Shown: positions 20,668-31,618, numbered from the stretch's first letter. The stretch is DNA of 64,000 bases from an uncultured Verrucomicrobiae bacterium (GCA_963764165.1 CAVXRD010000002.1:2368001-2432000), one strand, 5' to 3'. Made by a program: numbers and translations. The notes: a model not told the origin generated them from the sequence alone.

Positions 20668-21221
20668 ATGCGGGAAAAGCCAGAAACAGAAATCGGCTTT
20701 AGGAAACGGGAAGAGAACCTGTCCAAGGATGGCAAGTGGCGCTCGTTTCCAAAAGTGCCGCATCTGCTTCAATACGTCAGCAACGGAAATTACTATGGCC
20801 GAATAAAAATGGGCGGCAAGCTCATTCGGGAAAGCCTCCAAACGACCGTCTGGACGACAGCCAAGATTCGACCGACCGATTTTCTAAAAACGCGTCAAGA
20901 AAATCGGAACCAAGTTGAGCCGCCATTATTCAGCGAGGCGGTGAAGCTTTTTCAAAGCGAGATTGAGAGGAACACGACGATCAAAAAGCGGAGCAAGGAA
21001 TACCGGCGGTGCCTGAACAAGATTCAAAAACCTGGCCGGAACTTTGGACTCTTCGTTTGGATGCAATTACTGTCGATGCCTGCAAGGAATGGGCGGCGAA
21101 CTTGAAGGCGAAAATCGCCAGCCATTATTACAACAACACCATTGCGACGCTCAGACAGGTTCTCGATGTTGGGATCAAGTCGCACAAGACGAACGGCGGA
21201 ACCGGATTGGAAAACCCTTGA
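20668..21221 (+). pseudogene. Frameshifted N-terminal fragment of a tyrosine integrase
   Basis: GNYYGRIKMGGKLIRESLQT arm-binding region, then in another frame ASHYYNNTIATLRQVLD...NP core-binding region; no catalytic domain. Confidence 0.75.
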
Positions 21222-21236
21222 CGTAATTTTTGTCCA

Positions 21237-21503
21237 TTAGGGGCGGATATTAAGGAGGGTTCCGTTTTTGAGCCGGGCGGTCCACCGGCTGTGGCGGCGG
21301 GTTTTCGTTGCGGTTCGGGCCTCGGCTGCCCAAGGGAGATTGAGTTCCTCCGCCCACGCAACACAAAGCAAGCGCACCTTTACCCTCCGACAGTTTACCA
21401 ATAACTTTGCGAGGGTGTCGATTCTAAGTGACCTGATTCCTTCCATGATGTTGCGTGCTTCCTCCACGCTTTGGCGAACGCCAACTTCACTGAGCATCTC
21501 CAA
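21237..21503 (-). pseudogene. C-terminal fragment of a type IV TA AbiEi-like antitoxin
   Basis: EMLSEVG...EEARNIMEGIRSLR...LLVNCRRVKVRLL...AEELNLPW matches the AbiEi_3-type C-terminus; no N-terminus or toxin partner. Confidence 0.65.
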
Positions 21504-21815
21504 CAGGGTTCATCTTCCGGTCTTGCGCCAAGATCGAGCCCCAAGACTTGTGCAAAAGCTTGTGAAAGAGAGAGACCTGTCAGACATGCTGAACAAATCC
21601 AAGCTTGTGAGTTGACTGGGGACAAAAATGGGCCGGGTGAGGTTGCGCGCGGCGGCCCATCAACAAAGAGGCTCTAAAATTTATATTGCAGTTTTCGACC
21701 ATGGAGGCAGTTGACGCATTGACATCCAATCCGCGCGATTCGCTCCCGCTGTGCGCCTCGCTGCCGTTGTCATCGGCGTTTTCAATTTTCTATAATTTTT
21801 AGTCTGGTTAGGGTA

Positions 21816-24800
21816 ATGCTTTCGCATCGCTTGAAACGAGAGTCGGACTCAATTGCAAGTGGCGCCATGCTGCGCGCCAACACGGCGGTTGCGCTTGTGC
21901 TGGTGGCGGTGCTGCTACTGGCCCTGGTGGCGGCCTTGGCTGGCATGCGCGCCGCGCGAAATCAGGCACGCGTGGAAAATGCCGAAGTGGATGGTCGCAA
22001 CCGTTTGTGGAATGCCTACCTTGCGGAGGCGCGGGCCGTGCGCGTTTCGGGCGAAGCGGGCCGCCGGGCGAGGGCGCTGTCGGTTATCAGCAACGCGGCT
22101 GCGCTCCGTACTTCGAGCGCCCTGCGGACGGAGGCCATCGCCAGCCTGGCGCTCTCTGATTTAGCCGAGGAGGTCGAGTTGGTGCCGGTTTTGCGTGATT
22201 TGACCACCTATGATTTTGATGCCGATTTGCGCCGATATGCCTATGGCGACTGGCAGGGGAACGTAACGATTGGCGGCATTGCCGAGCGAACGAATATGTT
22301 CACTCTGCAAGCCAGCAACCTGGCCGCCGGTACACCAAGCAGAGTGGCGAATGTGTGCTTCAGCCCTGACCGAAGGCGCCTTGCGGCGCGCTTTGCCGGC
22401 GGAGCGGTTGTGATCTGGGATTTGGAAACGCGCGCGCAATTGACTGCAATTAATCCGCTGTCGACCAACAGCATCTTGTCCGATCTTGCCTTCTCGCCTG
22501 ACTCCCAGAAAGTTATTTTCACGGATGTGGAAGATCACTCGCTGCTCTCCATATTTGACGCCGCCACGGGGCGCAAATTAGTGAGCGGGGGGCAAGTGGG
22601 TCAAAACTATTTCAGTCTTCGACCTGACGGAAGACAAGTGGCAAAAGTGTCCAACGGTGATGTGGAATTGCAGGATTATCCCGCGGCGACAAATCGGCGG
22701 ATACTCAAACACTTTTCGCCGGTTTACGTCCTCGCGTGGTCGCCTGACGGAAACTTGCTCGCGGCTTCTTGCGAGGATGGAGACATTTATGTTTGGGATT
22801 TCAAGCGCGATACGCAACGTGTCCTGCACGGACAAACCGAACGGGGCATCAGACTCGGTTTCAGCGCGGACGGCACGAGGCTGTTTGCGAGCTCGCTCGA
22901 TGGAACCACCCGGCTGTGGCAGGTGTCGGAAGGCCACGCCATCGCCGTAGGAGAGGGCATTGGACGATCCATATCCGCCGATGGATCACGGTTGGGTTAT
23001 GTCCGGCCTTTGAAGGGTTTTGGGACCTGGAAATTGTTGACAAATTCCAACTACCGCGTTTTCGCCTGCCCAAGAAGCGAGGGCCCGCTGCTAGCCTTGG
23101 ATTTGTCGGACAGCGGAAGGTGGTGTGTGGCCACTCAGAACGAGGGCTTCCGGCTTTGGGATCTGCACGCGGATACGCCTCCGCTTGTCGTGCCTTTGCG
23201 GGATGTCTATTGCGTGCGTGTATCGGTCGATGAGCACTCGCTGATCCTTTGCGGAAAGAGCGGAATGGAAGTTTGGCGGTTCAGAACCAACGCCAGCGGC
23301 GGCATCGAGTTCCATCCTTGGGACAAAAAAAGTATTCCCCTGCCCGGCGCGCTTGGCGCGCGCGCCGCGGCCCTCAGTCTGGACGGCCGTTCGGCGGCGG
23401 TGGAGTTAACCGACCACCGTCTGATGGTAATGGATCTCGCGGGTGAACATGCGCCTGTCGAGTTGAAGGGCCGATGGCGCAACGTGTATTTCTTCAACGA
23501 CCCTGCCAGCACCACGGGCTCGGGACGGTTTGCCATCAGTCCAGACGGACGCTGGGTGGCGACCGGTTATGATTTTGGCGGCTCGGAGGTCCCGCGAATT
23601 TGGGACGCCCGTACTGGCGAGTTGGAGGCAACACTAAACGCGGACACTTCGGTGGTCACCTTTAGTCCAGATGGCCGCCGTCTCGGCCTGGTCGGAATGG
23701 ACCGGTATTCAATCTGGTCGGTCGGAGACTGGAGCCGAACGGCGTCTTACGAGCGGGACGAAGCCAGCTATGCGCGTGGCACAATGGCGTTTGCGCGGCA
23801 ATCCGATTGGCTGGCTGTGGCCAGCACAAGACAGAACATCGTGCTGCGCTCCACGGTCTTGGAGGAGAAGTTCTGCGATCTTGTCAGTCCAGAACCCCAA
23901 AGTGTGGTTAGCGTCCGAATGTCGTCCGATGGCGCCGTGCTGGTCAGTTCCACTGGCAACGAGATGATTCAAGTCTGGCGCCTGGAACACTTGAACCGCG
24001 AACTTGCCGGGATGAATCTGGCCTGGAGGGAAACTTCGGCCGACCATCCCGAGCAACGAGCCACGCCAGAGCCGGCACAGGGCGCCCTGCGCGCAACCCT
24101 GATGCTCAGCCTGGCCGGAGTCGTTGCCGCCAGTCTTTTCGCAGTGATCATTCTTCGCCAGCATCGCCTCAGCATCGCGCGCTTCGTCAGCGCCGAGGCG
24201 GAAGCCTCTCAGCGCAATCGAGAACTTGACATCGCGAAGGTCGAGTTGATGCACAGCCAGAAAATGCAGGCTCTGGGCACGCTGGCCGCGGGCTTGGCCC
24301 ACGATTTCAACAACCTGCTTTCAGTCATCCGCATGTCCAACAAACTGGTGTCGCGCAAGACGACCCATGACGGCGAAATCCAGGAGCATCTTGCGGACAT
24401 TGAACAAGCCGTTTTGCAGGGCAAGGGGGTGGTAAGTTCGATGCTGGATTACGCCAGAAATCGGGACGGCGACGGCGATCCGGTGGATGTCAGCAGCGTG
24501 GTGGAGGACGTCGTATCGCTCTTAAGCAAGGAATTCCTTCGCGGCATCACGCTGGATTTGCAGTTGGAACGGGAGATGCCGAAAGTTTACGTCGGGCGCG
24601 GCGCGTTCGAGCAAATCCTGCTAAATTTGGTGGTCAACGCCTCGGAGGCGATGCAGGGCGAAGGCCGGTTGAAAATTGTGGCGCGCGCCTGCGCTTCACT
24701 GCCCGCGGGAGATTTTGTGCTGCGCCCGCGCGCTGCCAGCCGGTTTGTGGAGCTTGCCGTCAGCGATTCCGGGCCGGGCATCGCGCCGGAATTGCGGAAT

Positions 24801-25025
24801 CGCCTATTCGAGCCATTTTTCACCACCAAGCGAGGCATTTCCAAGCCGGGAACGGGCTTGGGGCTTTCGCTGGTTTATTGGACGGCCGAGCAGAACGGCG
24901 CGGGCTTGAGCGTCCACACAGGTTACGGAAGCGGCGCATCTTTCACTGTGGTCTTTCCGGTTGGACCGCCCGCGCCCGTGCGCCAGACGCACAGTCCATT
25001 GAAAGGCACGCCCCATGTAGACTGA
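21816..25025 (+). CDS. Sensor histidine kinase with WD40 beta-propeller sensor region
   Basis: TM, multiple WD40 repeats (FSPD...WD), second TM, H-box AHDFNNLL, N-box NLVVNA, DSGPGI, FEPFFTTK, GTGLGL. Confidence 0.9.
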   Translation: MLSHRLKRESDSIASGAMLRANTAVALVLVAVLLLALVAALAGMRAARNQARVENAEVDGRNRLWNAYLAEARAVRVSGEAGRRARALSVISNAAALRTSSALRTEAIASLALSDLAEEVELVPVLRDLTTYDFDADLRRYAYGDWQGNVTIGGIAERTNMFTLQASNLAAGTPSRVANVCFSPDRRRLAARFAGGAVVIWDLETRAQLTAINPLSTNSILSDLAFSPDSQKVIFTDVEDHSLLSIFDAATGRKLVSGGQVGQNYFSLRPDGRQVAKVSNGDVELQDYPAATNRRILKHFSPVYVLAWSPDGNLLAASCEDGDIYVWDFKRDTQRVLHGQTERGIRLGFSADGTRLFASSLDGTTRLWQVSEGHAIAVGEGIGRSISADGSRLGYVRPLKGFGTWKLLTNSNYRVFACPRSEGPLLALDLSDSGRWCVATQNEGFRLWDLHADTPPLVVPLRDVYCVRVSVDEHSLILCGKSGMEVWRFRTNASGGIEFHPWDKKSIPLPGALGARAAALSLDGRSAAVELTDHRLMVMDLAGEHAPVELKGRWRNVYFFNDPASTTGSGRFAISPDGRWVATGYDFGGSEVPRIWDARTGELEATLNADTSVVTFSPDGRRLGLVGMDRYSIWSVGDWSRTASYERDEASYARGTMAFARQSDWLAVASTRQNIVLRSTVLEEKFCDLVSPEPQSVVSVRMSSDGAVLVSSTGNEMIQVWRLEHLNRELAGMNLAWRETSADHPEQRATPEPAQGALRATLMLSLAGVVAASLFAVIILRQHRLSIARFVSAEAEASQRNRELDIAKVELMHSQKMQALGTLAAGLAHDFNNLLSVIRMSNKLVSRKTTHDGEIQEHLADIEQAVLQGKGVVSSMLDYARNRDGDGDPVDVSSVVEDVVSLLSKEFLRGITLDLQLEREMPKVYVGRGAFEQILLNLVVNASEAMQGEGRLKIVARACASLPAGDFVLRPRAASRFVELAVSDSGPGIAPELRNRLFEPFFTTKRGISKPGTGLGLSLVYWTAEQNGAGLSVHTGYGSGASFTVVFPVGPPAPVRQTHSPLKGTPHVD

Positions 25026-25032
25026 GTTTTGC

Positions 25033-25698
25033 GTGAGTGCGATACAATCCATAATGGCTTCAATCCTGATTGTTGAAGACGACCCGAAGCAACTCAAGCT
25101 TTATGGCAAAGCGCTGGGAGGCTATCGTCTCACCTGCGTTGCTTCTGTGACGCGCGCTCTTCAGGCGATGGAGAAGACGAAGCCGGACCTCATTATTCTT
25201 GACAACATACTCGATGAGGGTGAGCGAGGCATGGAACTCCTGCCCAAGCTCAAGTTGGCGGCCGCGCACGTGCCCATCATCATGATTTCCGGCACGCTAA
25301 AAATTCGGGAGCAGCTCAGCGTGCTGCAAGGCCCGCGCTCGGCCCACTTTGTGTTGGAAAAGCCCGTTGACTTGGATGAGCTGGAAAAAACCATCGAAAT
25401 CGCTTTGACAGAATGCGGCTTTGCCGAAACTGTCGCGGCGCTGCAGTCGCTGGAGCGCGCGGAAAAAATCGACCTTTCCGAGCCGGACCGCCGGTTCACC
25501 GCGCGGCTGGCCCGCCAGCACGAAATGATCAAGCAGCTCCGGGGCATCCAGGAGCGTCCGAATGTTTCCGGCCTCTCCCGCCATTTTGGCGTGTCGCGGA
25601 AGACAATCATCCGCGATATTCAAGATTTGATTCGGCGCGGCCAGTTGGCGGAAGAAGCTTATCCCGAGTGGCAGGTGGATATTGGGGGCGAAGAATAG
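25033..25698 (+). CDS. Response regulator (REC + DeoR-like HTH)
   Basis: ILIVEDD, DLIILD, ISG, EKP; C-terminal LSRHFGVSRKTIIRDIQDL. Confidence 0.9.
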   Translation: MSAIQSIMASILIVEDDPKQLKLYGKALGGYRLTCVASVTRALQAMEKTKPDLIILDNILDEGERGMELLPKLKLAAAHVPIIMISGTLKIREQLSVLQGPRSAHFVLEKPVDLDELEKTIEIALTECGFAETVAALQSLERAEKIDLSEPDRRFTARLARQHEMIKQLRGIQERPNVSGLSRHFGVSRKTIIRDIQDLIRRGQLAEEAYPEWQVDIGGEE

Positions 25699-25901
25699 TC
25701 GGGCCTCGAGCGCTTAAGCCAGACACTACACTAGCTGTGGTCGCGCGACTCCGTGACTTGGTTTCAAGCAATAGGGATTTCCTGTCCATATCTCCCCGGC
25801 TCCCCCATGTGCGCCAGTGGCACGCCCCTGTGCGCGAGACGCACATTTTCTGGCCCGTCGCGCGGATGATAGCGTGATACCCTTAAGCGAATTAACAACT
25901 A

Positions 25902-28900
25902 ATGAATACAAAGAATCTGCTAGTGCCAGTATCCAGCCTTGCGCGACGGTTTTGCCCGATGCGCGCACTTTGGCCCAAGACGCAAACTATGAACAATGCC
26001 TGCATTCCTCGCGGAAATAGAGTCCTGGGAGTTCTGGTCCTGTTGGCAGCCATGCTTTCGTGCATGGCTTCAACAGCTGCAATAGTCATTGCCACCAAAC
26101 AGTTGCCCCCGGACACGAACGGCGTTCCCTACAATCAAACTATTAATGTGACCGGAGGCCAGCCGCCTTACAAATGGCAGGTTCTGGCCGGGGCCTTTCC
26201 TGACAGTTTGGTGCTGAATGCCACCAACGGAACAGTTTCCGGCACGACGCACGCGGCAGCGTGGGAATACCAGTACCCTTTCAACGCTTATGTGTCGGTC
26301 ACCGACAGCGCCGGCGCCAGCGCGGGAGCCACGTTCAGCGTGCCCTTGGTGCCTCTGTCTGCCGGTGGTTCATCGAGCCCGACTAATTACTCCTTGACCG
26401 TCGCGGGGGGATCGGGGAGCGGAAGTTATGCGGCTGGAGCCAGTGTGGCCATCTTCGTGACCAACACCCCGGCTGGACAGATATTCAGCAGTTGGACCGG
26501 CGCGGCAGTCGCGAATGCCCAGTCTCCCAGCACCACTCTGATAATGCCAGCCGCCGCCACTGTTGTGACGGCAACTTTTCAGGCGGCCCCGCCGCCAGCC
26601 ACAACCAATTATGTATTGACTGTGGTGGGCGGCTCAGGAAGCGGAAGTTATGCGGCTGGAGCCAGTGTGGCCATCTCCGTGACCAATACCCCGGCTGGAC
26701 AGGTATTCAGCAGTTGGACCGGCGCGGCGGTTGCTAATTCTCACTCTGCCAGCACGACTTTGACCATGCCCGCGGCCGCGACAGTGGTGACGGCGAATTT
26801 TCAGTCGACCCCGCCGCCATCCGCGCCATTGACCCTGGCCGCCGCCACCTTGCCGCCAGCAATGGTAGGAACTTTCTATAGCCAGTCGCTCAATGCTTCT
26901 GGAGGCCATCCTCCATATAAATGGACTCTTGCCTCGGGAAATCTGGCGCAGGGCTTGGCGCTGGATGCCAGCGCAGGAGTTATTAGCGGCATGCCTGCCG
27001 CCTCCGGCGCCTGGGTTTACACATCGACCACGCTTGCCTATATAACAATCACCGACTCCGCCGGGGCCACTGCCGGCATGACATATCAAATGTCAACCGT
27101 CCCCTCCACCAACATTACCTACAATCTTATGGTCAACGGTGGCTCGGGGGGCGGAACGTACGTGGCAAACACTTCAGTCACCATCAAGGCGACGCTCCCC
27201 AATTCCAGTTCAACATTCACCGGCTGGACGGGCGCCGCAGTGGCCAATCCGTCGGCGCAGTCCACCACGCTGGTGATGCCAGCGGCAAATACGGTGGTGA
27301 CCGCCAACTTCATCAATAATGCCCCGTCGTTCCAACTGTTGGTCTCGGGAGGCGGTTACAGCGGTGCGTATCCGGCGGGATCCACAGTTCCCATAACGGC
27401 ATGGTCCGCACCCGCAGGGCAAGTGTTCCAGGCATGGATAGGCGGAGCTGTTGCCAATCAATTCGCAGCCAACACCACATTGGTGATGCCATCCAACAAT
27501 GTCTCTCTGACAGCCGTCTTTGGAGCGACTGCCAATCCGCCCGCCACCATTGCGCAGCCAGTCGCCTCGCATCCGCGCCTTTGGGTCACTACCAACGATT
27601 TGCCGCGCCTTCAAAGCTGGGCTAGCGCCACGAACCCAGTCTACACCCAGGCAGTTCAGGCGTTGCTAGGCAAGGCGATCAACGATTACAACACTTTGTT
27701 CTTCCCGGGAGGCGTGGCCAATCCCAACTGGCCCGATTCCGGTGACAACAACGCCTACGGCGGCGTGATAACGGAGAATTACATTTATATTTTTGGGTTG
27801 AATGCCCTTATTGATCCAAACCCCGCCAATCGCAGCCAGTATGCGCAGTGCGCCCGCAACCTGATCATGTATGTCATGAACCTGGCAGCGCAGGGACCTC
27901 TCGCCAATGCACCCTTCCGCGATCCGAATATGGTCATCGGAAACCGTGACAACTTCTTTTTGGAAGCCTATCCCCTGGTCGTGGATTGGATTTACAACGC
28001 CACCGACACCACGGGCGCGCCGATCCTATCCGCCGCTGACAAAGCGACTATCCGCCAGGTATTCTTAATGTGGGCCGCGCAAGAGGTCAGTGTGATTGAA
28101 ACCGGGTCCAATCCGGAACCTTCCGGCACCTTGAACAACCCCGCGCTTTTGCCTGGCGGGAACGCATTCCGCATGGCGGCAAACAACTATTACAGTGGCC
28201 ACGCCCGGCTGGTGACGATGATGTCGCTTGTCTTTGATCCAGCGGATGATCCGCCCGTCAATCCTTCATTGCCAGTTTCCATTCTTGGCAATTCCCTGCG
28301 CAGTTATATTGCTGATGCGACGGGGGCATGGCTCTATCAGCAGTACGCGATGTATGGCGACCCGGCCAGCGTCTGCGCCGACTATAACCTTCCGGCCAGC
28401 GCCTCAGTCGGTCTCGCTTCCGGCGGATTGCCAGCCGAGGGCATGTTGTACGGGCATTCCTACACCTATATTCTGGGCGAGTTGCTTGCTTTGAAAACCG
28501 CCGGTTTCGCCACTCCGCAACTCGGCGGGCCGCAAACGGCTCTCGCGAATAACGCCCCGATTTGGGATCGTTACGTGCAAGGCATGATTTCTTCCCTGAC
28601 TCCGCTCCAGGGCATTCCCGCCACCGAACCGTATCAGGGGATGACGTATGAGCTGGCCTGCTACGGCGATGTCCTGCGGATGTTTCCCACGGCTGAGTTC
28701 ACGACGATGTTTGCCATGCTCGGCATTCTGGACCAGCACAACGGCTACACGAATCGGCTGAACGCGGAACGCTGGTTCATCATTGACGCGCTTCAGGGCG
28801 GGGCCTCCCAATTTCTCTCGCGCTTGAGCAACCCGTGGTCTTGGGGCGTCCAGGAAACCGTGCTGGCTTACCTGTTTCTTGATCCGTCCCAGCTTTCCCC

Positions 28901-29996
28901 AACCGATCCGCACGGCGATTATCCGGTGACCTTTTATGATGCTCCGGCGGCTCGCCTGGTGGATCGCACTGATTGGGGGCAAATGGCCACCATGTTCGAC
29001 TACCGGGCAAGCTGGCAAACCATTAACCACCAGCAATTAGACGCCGGGCAGTTCGAGTTCTACCGCAAAGGCGAGTGGCTGACCAAGGGGCTGGCCAATT
29101 ATGACGTGGGCGAAAATGGCGCGAGCTCGTTCATGCACAACACCCTCTCCTTGCAAAACTGGTGCGCCAACGGTGTGCCAACCGATCTGCAATGGAATGA
29201 AGGGGATTTCTGGACCAACGGCTCCTCGTGGTCTTTGGGAGCCTGCGCAGGGGATCCTGTCACGCTGACCAGCTTCCAGCCAGCTTATGACTTTCTGCGC
29301 ACCGATTTGACGCCACTTTACAACCGGCCCGGCTCGTCCGCGGCGAATGCCGCGATGGACAACACTAATGTCGTTCGGTCTGTCCTCTGGATCAAACCCG
29401 ACTCCGTTGTGGTTTATGACCGGGTCACTTCGCGGCATTCCGGCTTGTTTAAGCGTTTCAATCTTACCTTGATCGGAAAGCCGCAAGCGACAAATAACGT
29501 GATCACCAGCGCAACTGCTGGCGGTCAAGTCCTGACCGTCACAGAACTATTGCCAATCAATTCCCAATTGACGGTCACCCCGGTTGGAACCTTGGTGAAT
29601 CCCATCGCTGATTTGGAGCCCTCCCAATATCAACTCTCATTGGAAGACCCCAGCTTGCCAGCCGACACCCGGTTTTTCCACGTGTTTCAAGCCACGGATG
29701 CGGGCGTTCCGGCGGAGCCTGTCGAGTTCGTCCAGTCCACGGACGGAATGCCGATGGACGGAGCGGTCTTTGGAAATACGTTCGTTTTGTTTCCCCATGA
29801 CGAGACGGTGCCTTTTGTTGGAACAGCTTACACGGTCCCGGTCTCCGCTACTCAGCATTATGTGATTGGTTGCGTGCCTGGGGCCACTTACTCGGTCATC
29901 GCCTCAGCTTCAACCACCGGCCTTTCCGTCACGATCACGCCCGCATCCAGCGGGTTGACCGCCGACTCGGCTGGAGTCCTGGTTTTCGGGTTTTAG
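25902..29996 (+). CDS. Large secreted protein: Ig-like and InlB-B-type repeats plus heparinase II/III-like module
   Basis: Signal peptide (alternative start 25989); GGQPPYKW Ig domains; repeated LTV.GGSGSG.Y...F..WTG units including a 222-bp duplication; SHPRLW and NHQQLDAGQFEFYRKGEWL motifs. Confidence 0.75.
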   Translation: MNTKNLLVPVSSLARRFCPMRALWPKTQTMNNACIPRGNRVLGVLVLLAAMLSCMASTAAIVIATKQLPPDTNGVPYNQTINVTGGQPPYKWQVLAGAFPDSLVLNATNGTVSGTTHAAAWEYQYPFNAYVSVTDSAGASAGATFSVPLVPLSAGGSSSPTNYSLTVAGGSGSGSYAAGASVAIFVTNTPAGQIFSSWTGAAVANAQSPSTTLIMPAAATVVTATFQAAPPPATTNYVLTVVGGSGSGSYAAGASVAISVTNTPAGQVFSSWTGAAVANSHSASTTLTMPAAATVVTANFQSTPPPSAPLTLAAATLPPAMVGTFYSQSLNASGGHPPYKWTLASGNLAQGLALDASAGVISGMPAASGAWVYTSTTLAYITITDSAGATAGMTYQMSTVPSTNITYNLMVNGGSGGGTYVANTSVTIKATLPNSSSTFTGWTGAAVANPSAQSTTLVMPAANTVVTANFINNAPSFQLLVSGGGYSGAYPAGSTVPITAWSAPAGQVFQAWIGGAVANQFAANTTLVMPSNNVSLTAVFGATANPPATIAQPVASHPRLWVTTNDLPRLQSWASATNPVYTQAVQALLGKAINDYNTLFFPGGVANPNWPDSGDNNAYGGVITENYIYIFGLNALIDPNPANRSQYAQCARNLIMYVMNLAAQGPLANAPFRDPNMVIGNRDNFFLEAYPLVVDWIYNATDTTGAPILSAADKATIRQVFLMWAAQEVSVIETGSNPEPSGTLNNPALLPGGNAFRMAANNYYSGHARLVTMMSLVFDPADDPPVNPSLPVSILGNSLRSYIADATGAWLYQQYAMYGDPASVCADYNLPASASVGLASGGLPAEGMLYGHSYTYILGELLALKTAGFATPQLGGPQTALANNAPIWDRYVQGMISSLTPLQGIPATEPYQGMTYELACYGDVLRMFPTAEFTTMFAMLGILDQHNGYTNRLNAERWFIIDALQGGASQFLSRLSNPWSWGVQETVLAYLFLDPSQLSPTDPHGDYPVTFYDAPAARLVDRTDWGQMATMFDYRASWQTINHQQLDAGQFEFYRKGEWLTKGLANYDVGENGASSFMHNTLSLQNWCANGVPTDLQWNEGDFWTNGSSWSLGACAGDPVTLTSFQPAYDFLRTDLTPLYNRPGSSAANAAMDNTNVVRSVLWIKPDSVVVYDRVTSRHSGLFKRFNLTLIGKPQATNNVITSATAGGQVLTVTELLPINSQLTVTPVGTLVNPIADLEPSQYQLSLEDPSLPADTRFFHVFQATDAGVPAEPVEFVQSTDGMPMDGAVFGNTFVLFPHDETVPFVGTAYTVPVSATQHYVIGCVPGATYSVIASASTTGLSVTITPASSGLTADSAGVLVFGF

Positions 29997-30359
29997 CCCG
30001 GCTCGAAATCCCGGGGGTGAGCTCCGCCCCCGGGATCAAGTTCTTGAAATCAAGGGAGTTCCTCAAAAGGTTTCTACTAGAAGGACTCGATCATCTCGGT
30101 CTGCCATGCTTTGATTTCTGAGGCAGCCAATAGGGCACCGATAGATCGCCCTGTTTTTGACAGCTTCCTCGGTGCGGCTAGAACTATCCACTGCACCGCA
30201 TGATTTCCCGCCGCGCTTCATGCGACAACTTCGGTATTTCCGGGATGATTTCCGCTCTGCTCATGCCGGAAGGATAAGCAACAACTGAGATTCGGTCAAC
30301 AGCTTGCCGTGATTGGACACTGAAAACCGGGCGCTGCCGGAAATGCCGCAAGCCACGCT

Positions 30360-30638
30360 CTAGCATAGTGTCTCTTAAATCGCTTTACATTCGCGGCAAG
30401 GGATTTTTGACGAGGGCAAGGCACGAGCGACGAGCATATCCGCATCGTTCCGCAAGGAGCGAGCAACGCCGCCCTCGTCGAAAAGACCTCCCGCCCTGCG
30501 GGTAGCGCCGCATTTGGCCTGTGGTGTCGTTGCCCCTCAGTCACAGCCCCCATTGTGGGCGATGCTCCTTCGTCGCGTCTAGCCACAGGCCAAATGTGAC
30601 GCAACGAATGTAAAGCGCTTTAACAGACACTACACCAG
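30360..30638. mobile_element. MITE-like structured repeat
   Basis: 28-bp terminal inverted repeats (30366-30393 / 30605-30632, 2 mismatches); internal perfect IR CATTTGGCCTGTGG/CCACAGGCCAAATG; no transposase. Confidence 0.8.
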
Positions 30639-30901
30639 GTGCTGCGCTGGGATGAACGCGACAAGCGTCTTCTCATAAAAGAGGCCCAACAGATTGCCTA
30701 AATCAAGTAGCAAGGGGGCGGGTGCGCCGGCTTCAGCCAACGCCCCGCCCCTTAACCTTGTTTAATACTCTAATAACTGTCCCGGATAAAACGGGAGGCA
30801 TCGCCCGCCGCCTTTTTGGGCTGGTTGCATGACGTCGTTTCAAATTAGCAATGTGAGTTGAGAAACGATGTGCAAGCTGTATTATCGATTAAGTTTGGAC
30901 C

Positions 30902-31222
30902 ATGAAAATCGTTCCGGACAACAAACGTGATTGGACGCACATGGCTTCCCTGCCTTTTGTAGGCTATCTTTTCGCGATCGCTTTGATGTTTCCTTACTGG
31001 CGGCTGCACACGGAAGGTCATCCCGGCGGTATTGGCAGTGCTGCGTTAAATGGGGGGCTGGACTTATTCTCGCGCGGGGTGTTCATTTGCTTTGCTGGTT
31101 TGACAATCGTCGCTGTCCTTCAGTTCAGGCTCGAGGAACGCAAGCGGGCCATGTGGAGCTTTATATTCGCAATCGTTGCTTTGGTTTTCTCAGATCAATT
31201 CACGCCACCTTTAATAAAGTGA
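30902..31222 (+). CDS. Small membrane protein (about 3 TM)
   Basis: Hydrophobic 106-aa ORF with ATG start. Confidence 0.65.
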   Translation: MKIVPDNKRDWTHMASLPFVGYLFAIALMFPYWRLHTEGHPGGIGSAALNGGLDLFSRGVFICFAGLTIVAVLQFRLEERKRAMWSFIFAIVALVFSDQFTPPLIK

Positions 31223-31249
31223 ATCGCTATCAGATAATTGCCGTAATCG

Positions 31250-31618
31250 ATGAGTCTAGAAATGAAAAAAACGCATCTTGCTCCATATTGCATATTTCTT
31301 ATAGTGGGAAACTGTTTCCTTCCCGGCTCGCTGCAACCCCTTGCGCGCTTCATGCGGGAGGAGGTATTCCGTCGAGCGCTGGGCGCAAAAGCGCCGCTGC
31401 CTGATATTACCGAAAGAGCGCTCGCAATGCCATCGTGGTTTTGGGTATTGGCCGGTTTATCCATTTTAACGGGCGTCGGTCTATTTATCCAAAAGGTGCC
31501 CGCTTCGCTTCTCGTACACGCGCTGCTGATAATCTGTATCCTAGACGGTCTCGCGTTGCTATTATTTGCGTGGGGAAATTGTTATCCTTGGCTTGGGGTC
31601 ATATGGAGTATCGATTAA
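31250..31618 (+). CDS. Small membrane protein (about 3 TM)
   Basis: Hydrophobic 122-aa ORF co-oriented with the previous one. Confidence 0.65.
   Translation: MSLEMKKTHLAPYCIFLIVGNCFLPGSLQPLARFMREEVFRRALGAKAPLPDITERALAMPSWFWVLAGLSILTGVGLFIQKVPASLLVHALLIICILDGLALLLFAWGNCYPWLGVIWSID

Noticed and set aside
30184..30264. Small antitoxin-like ORF MSRAEIIPEIPKLSHEARREI
   Set aside because: Only ~26 codons with no partner toxin; too little evidence to call.
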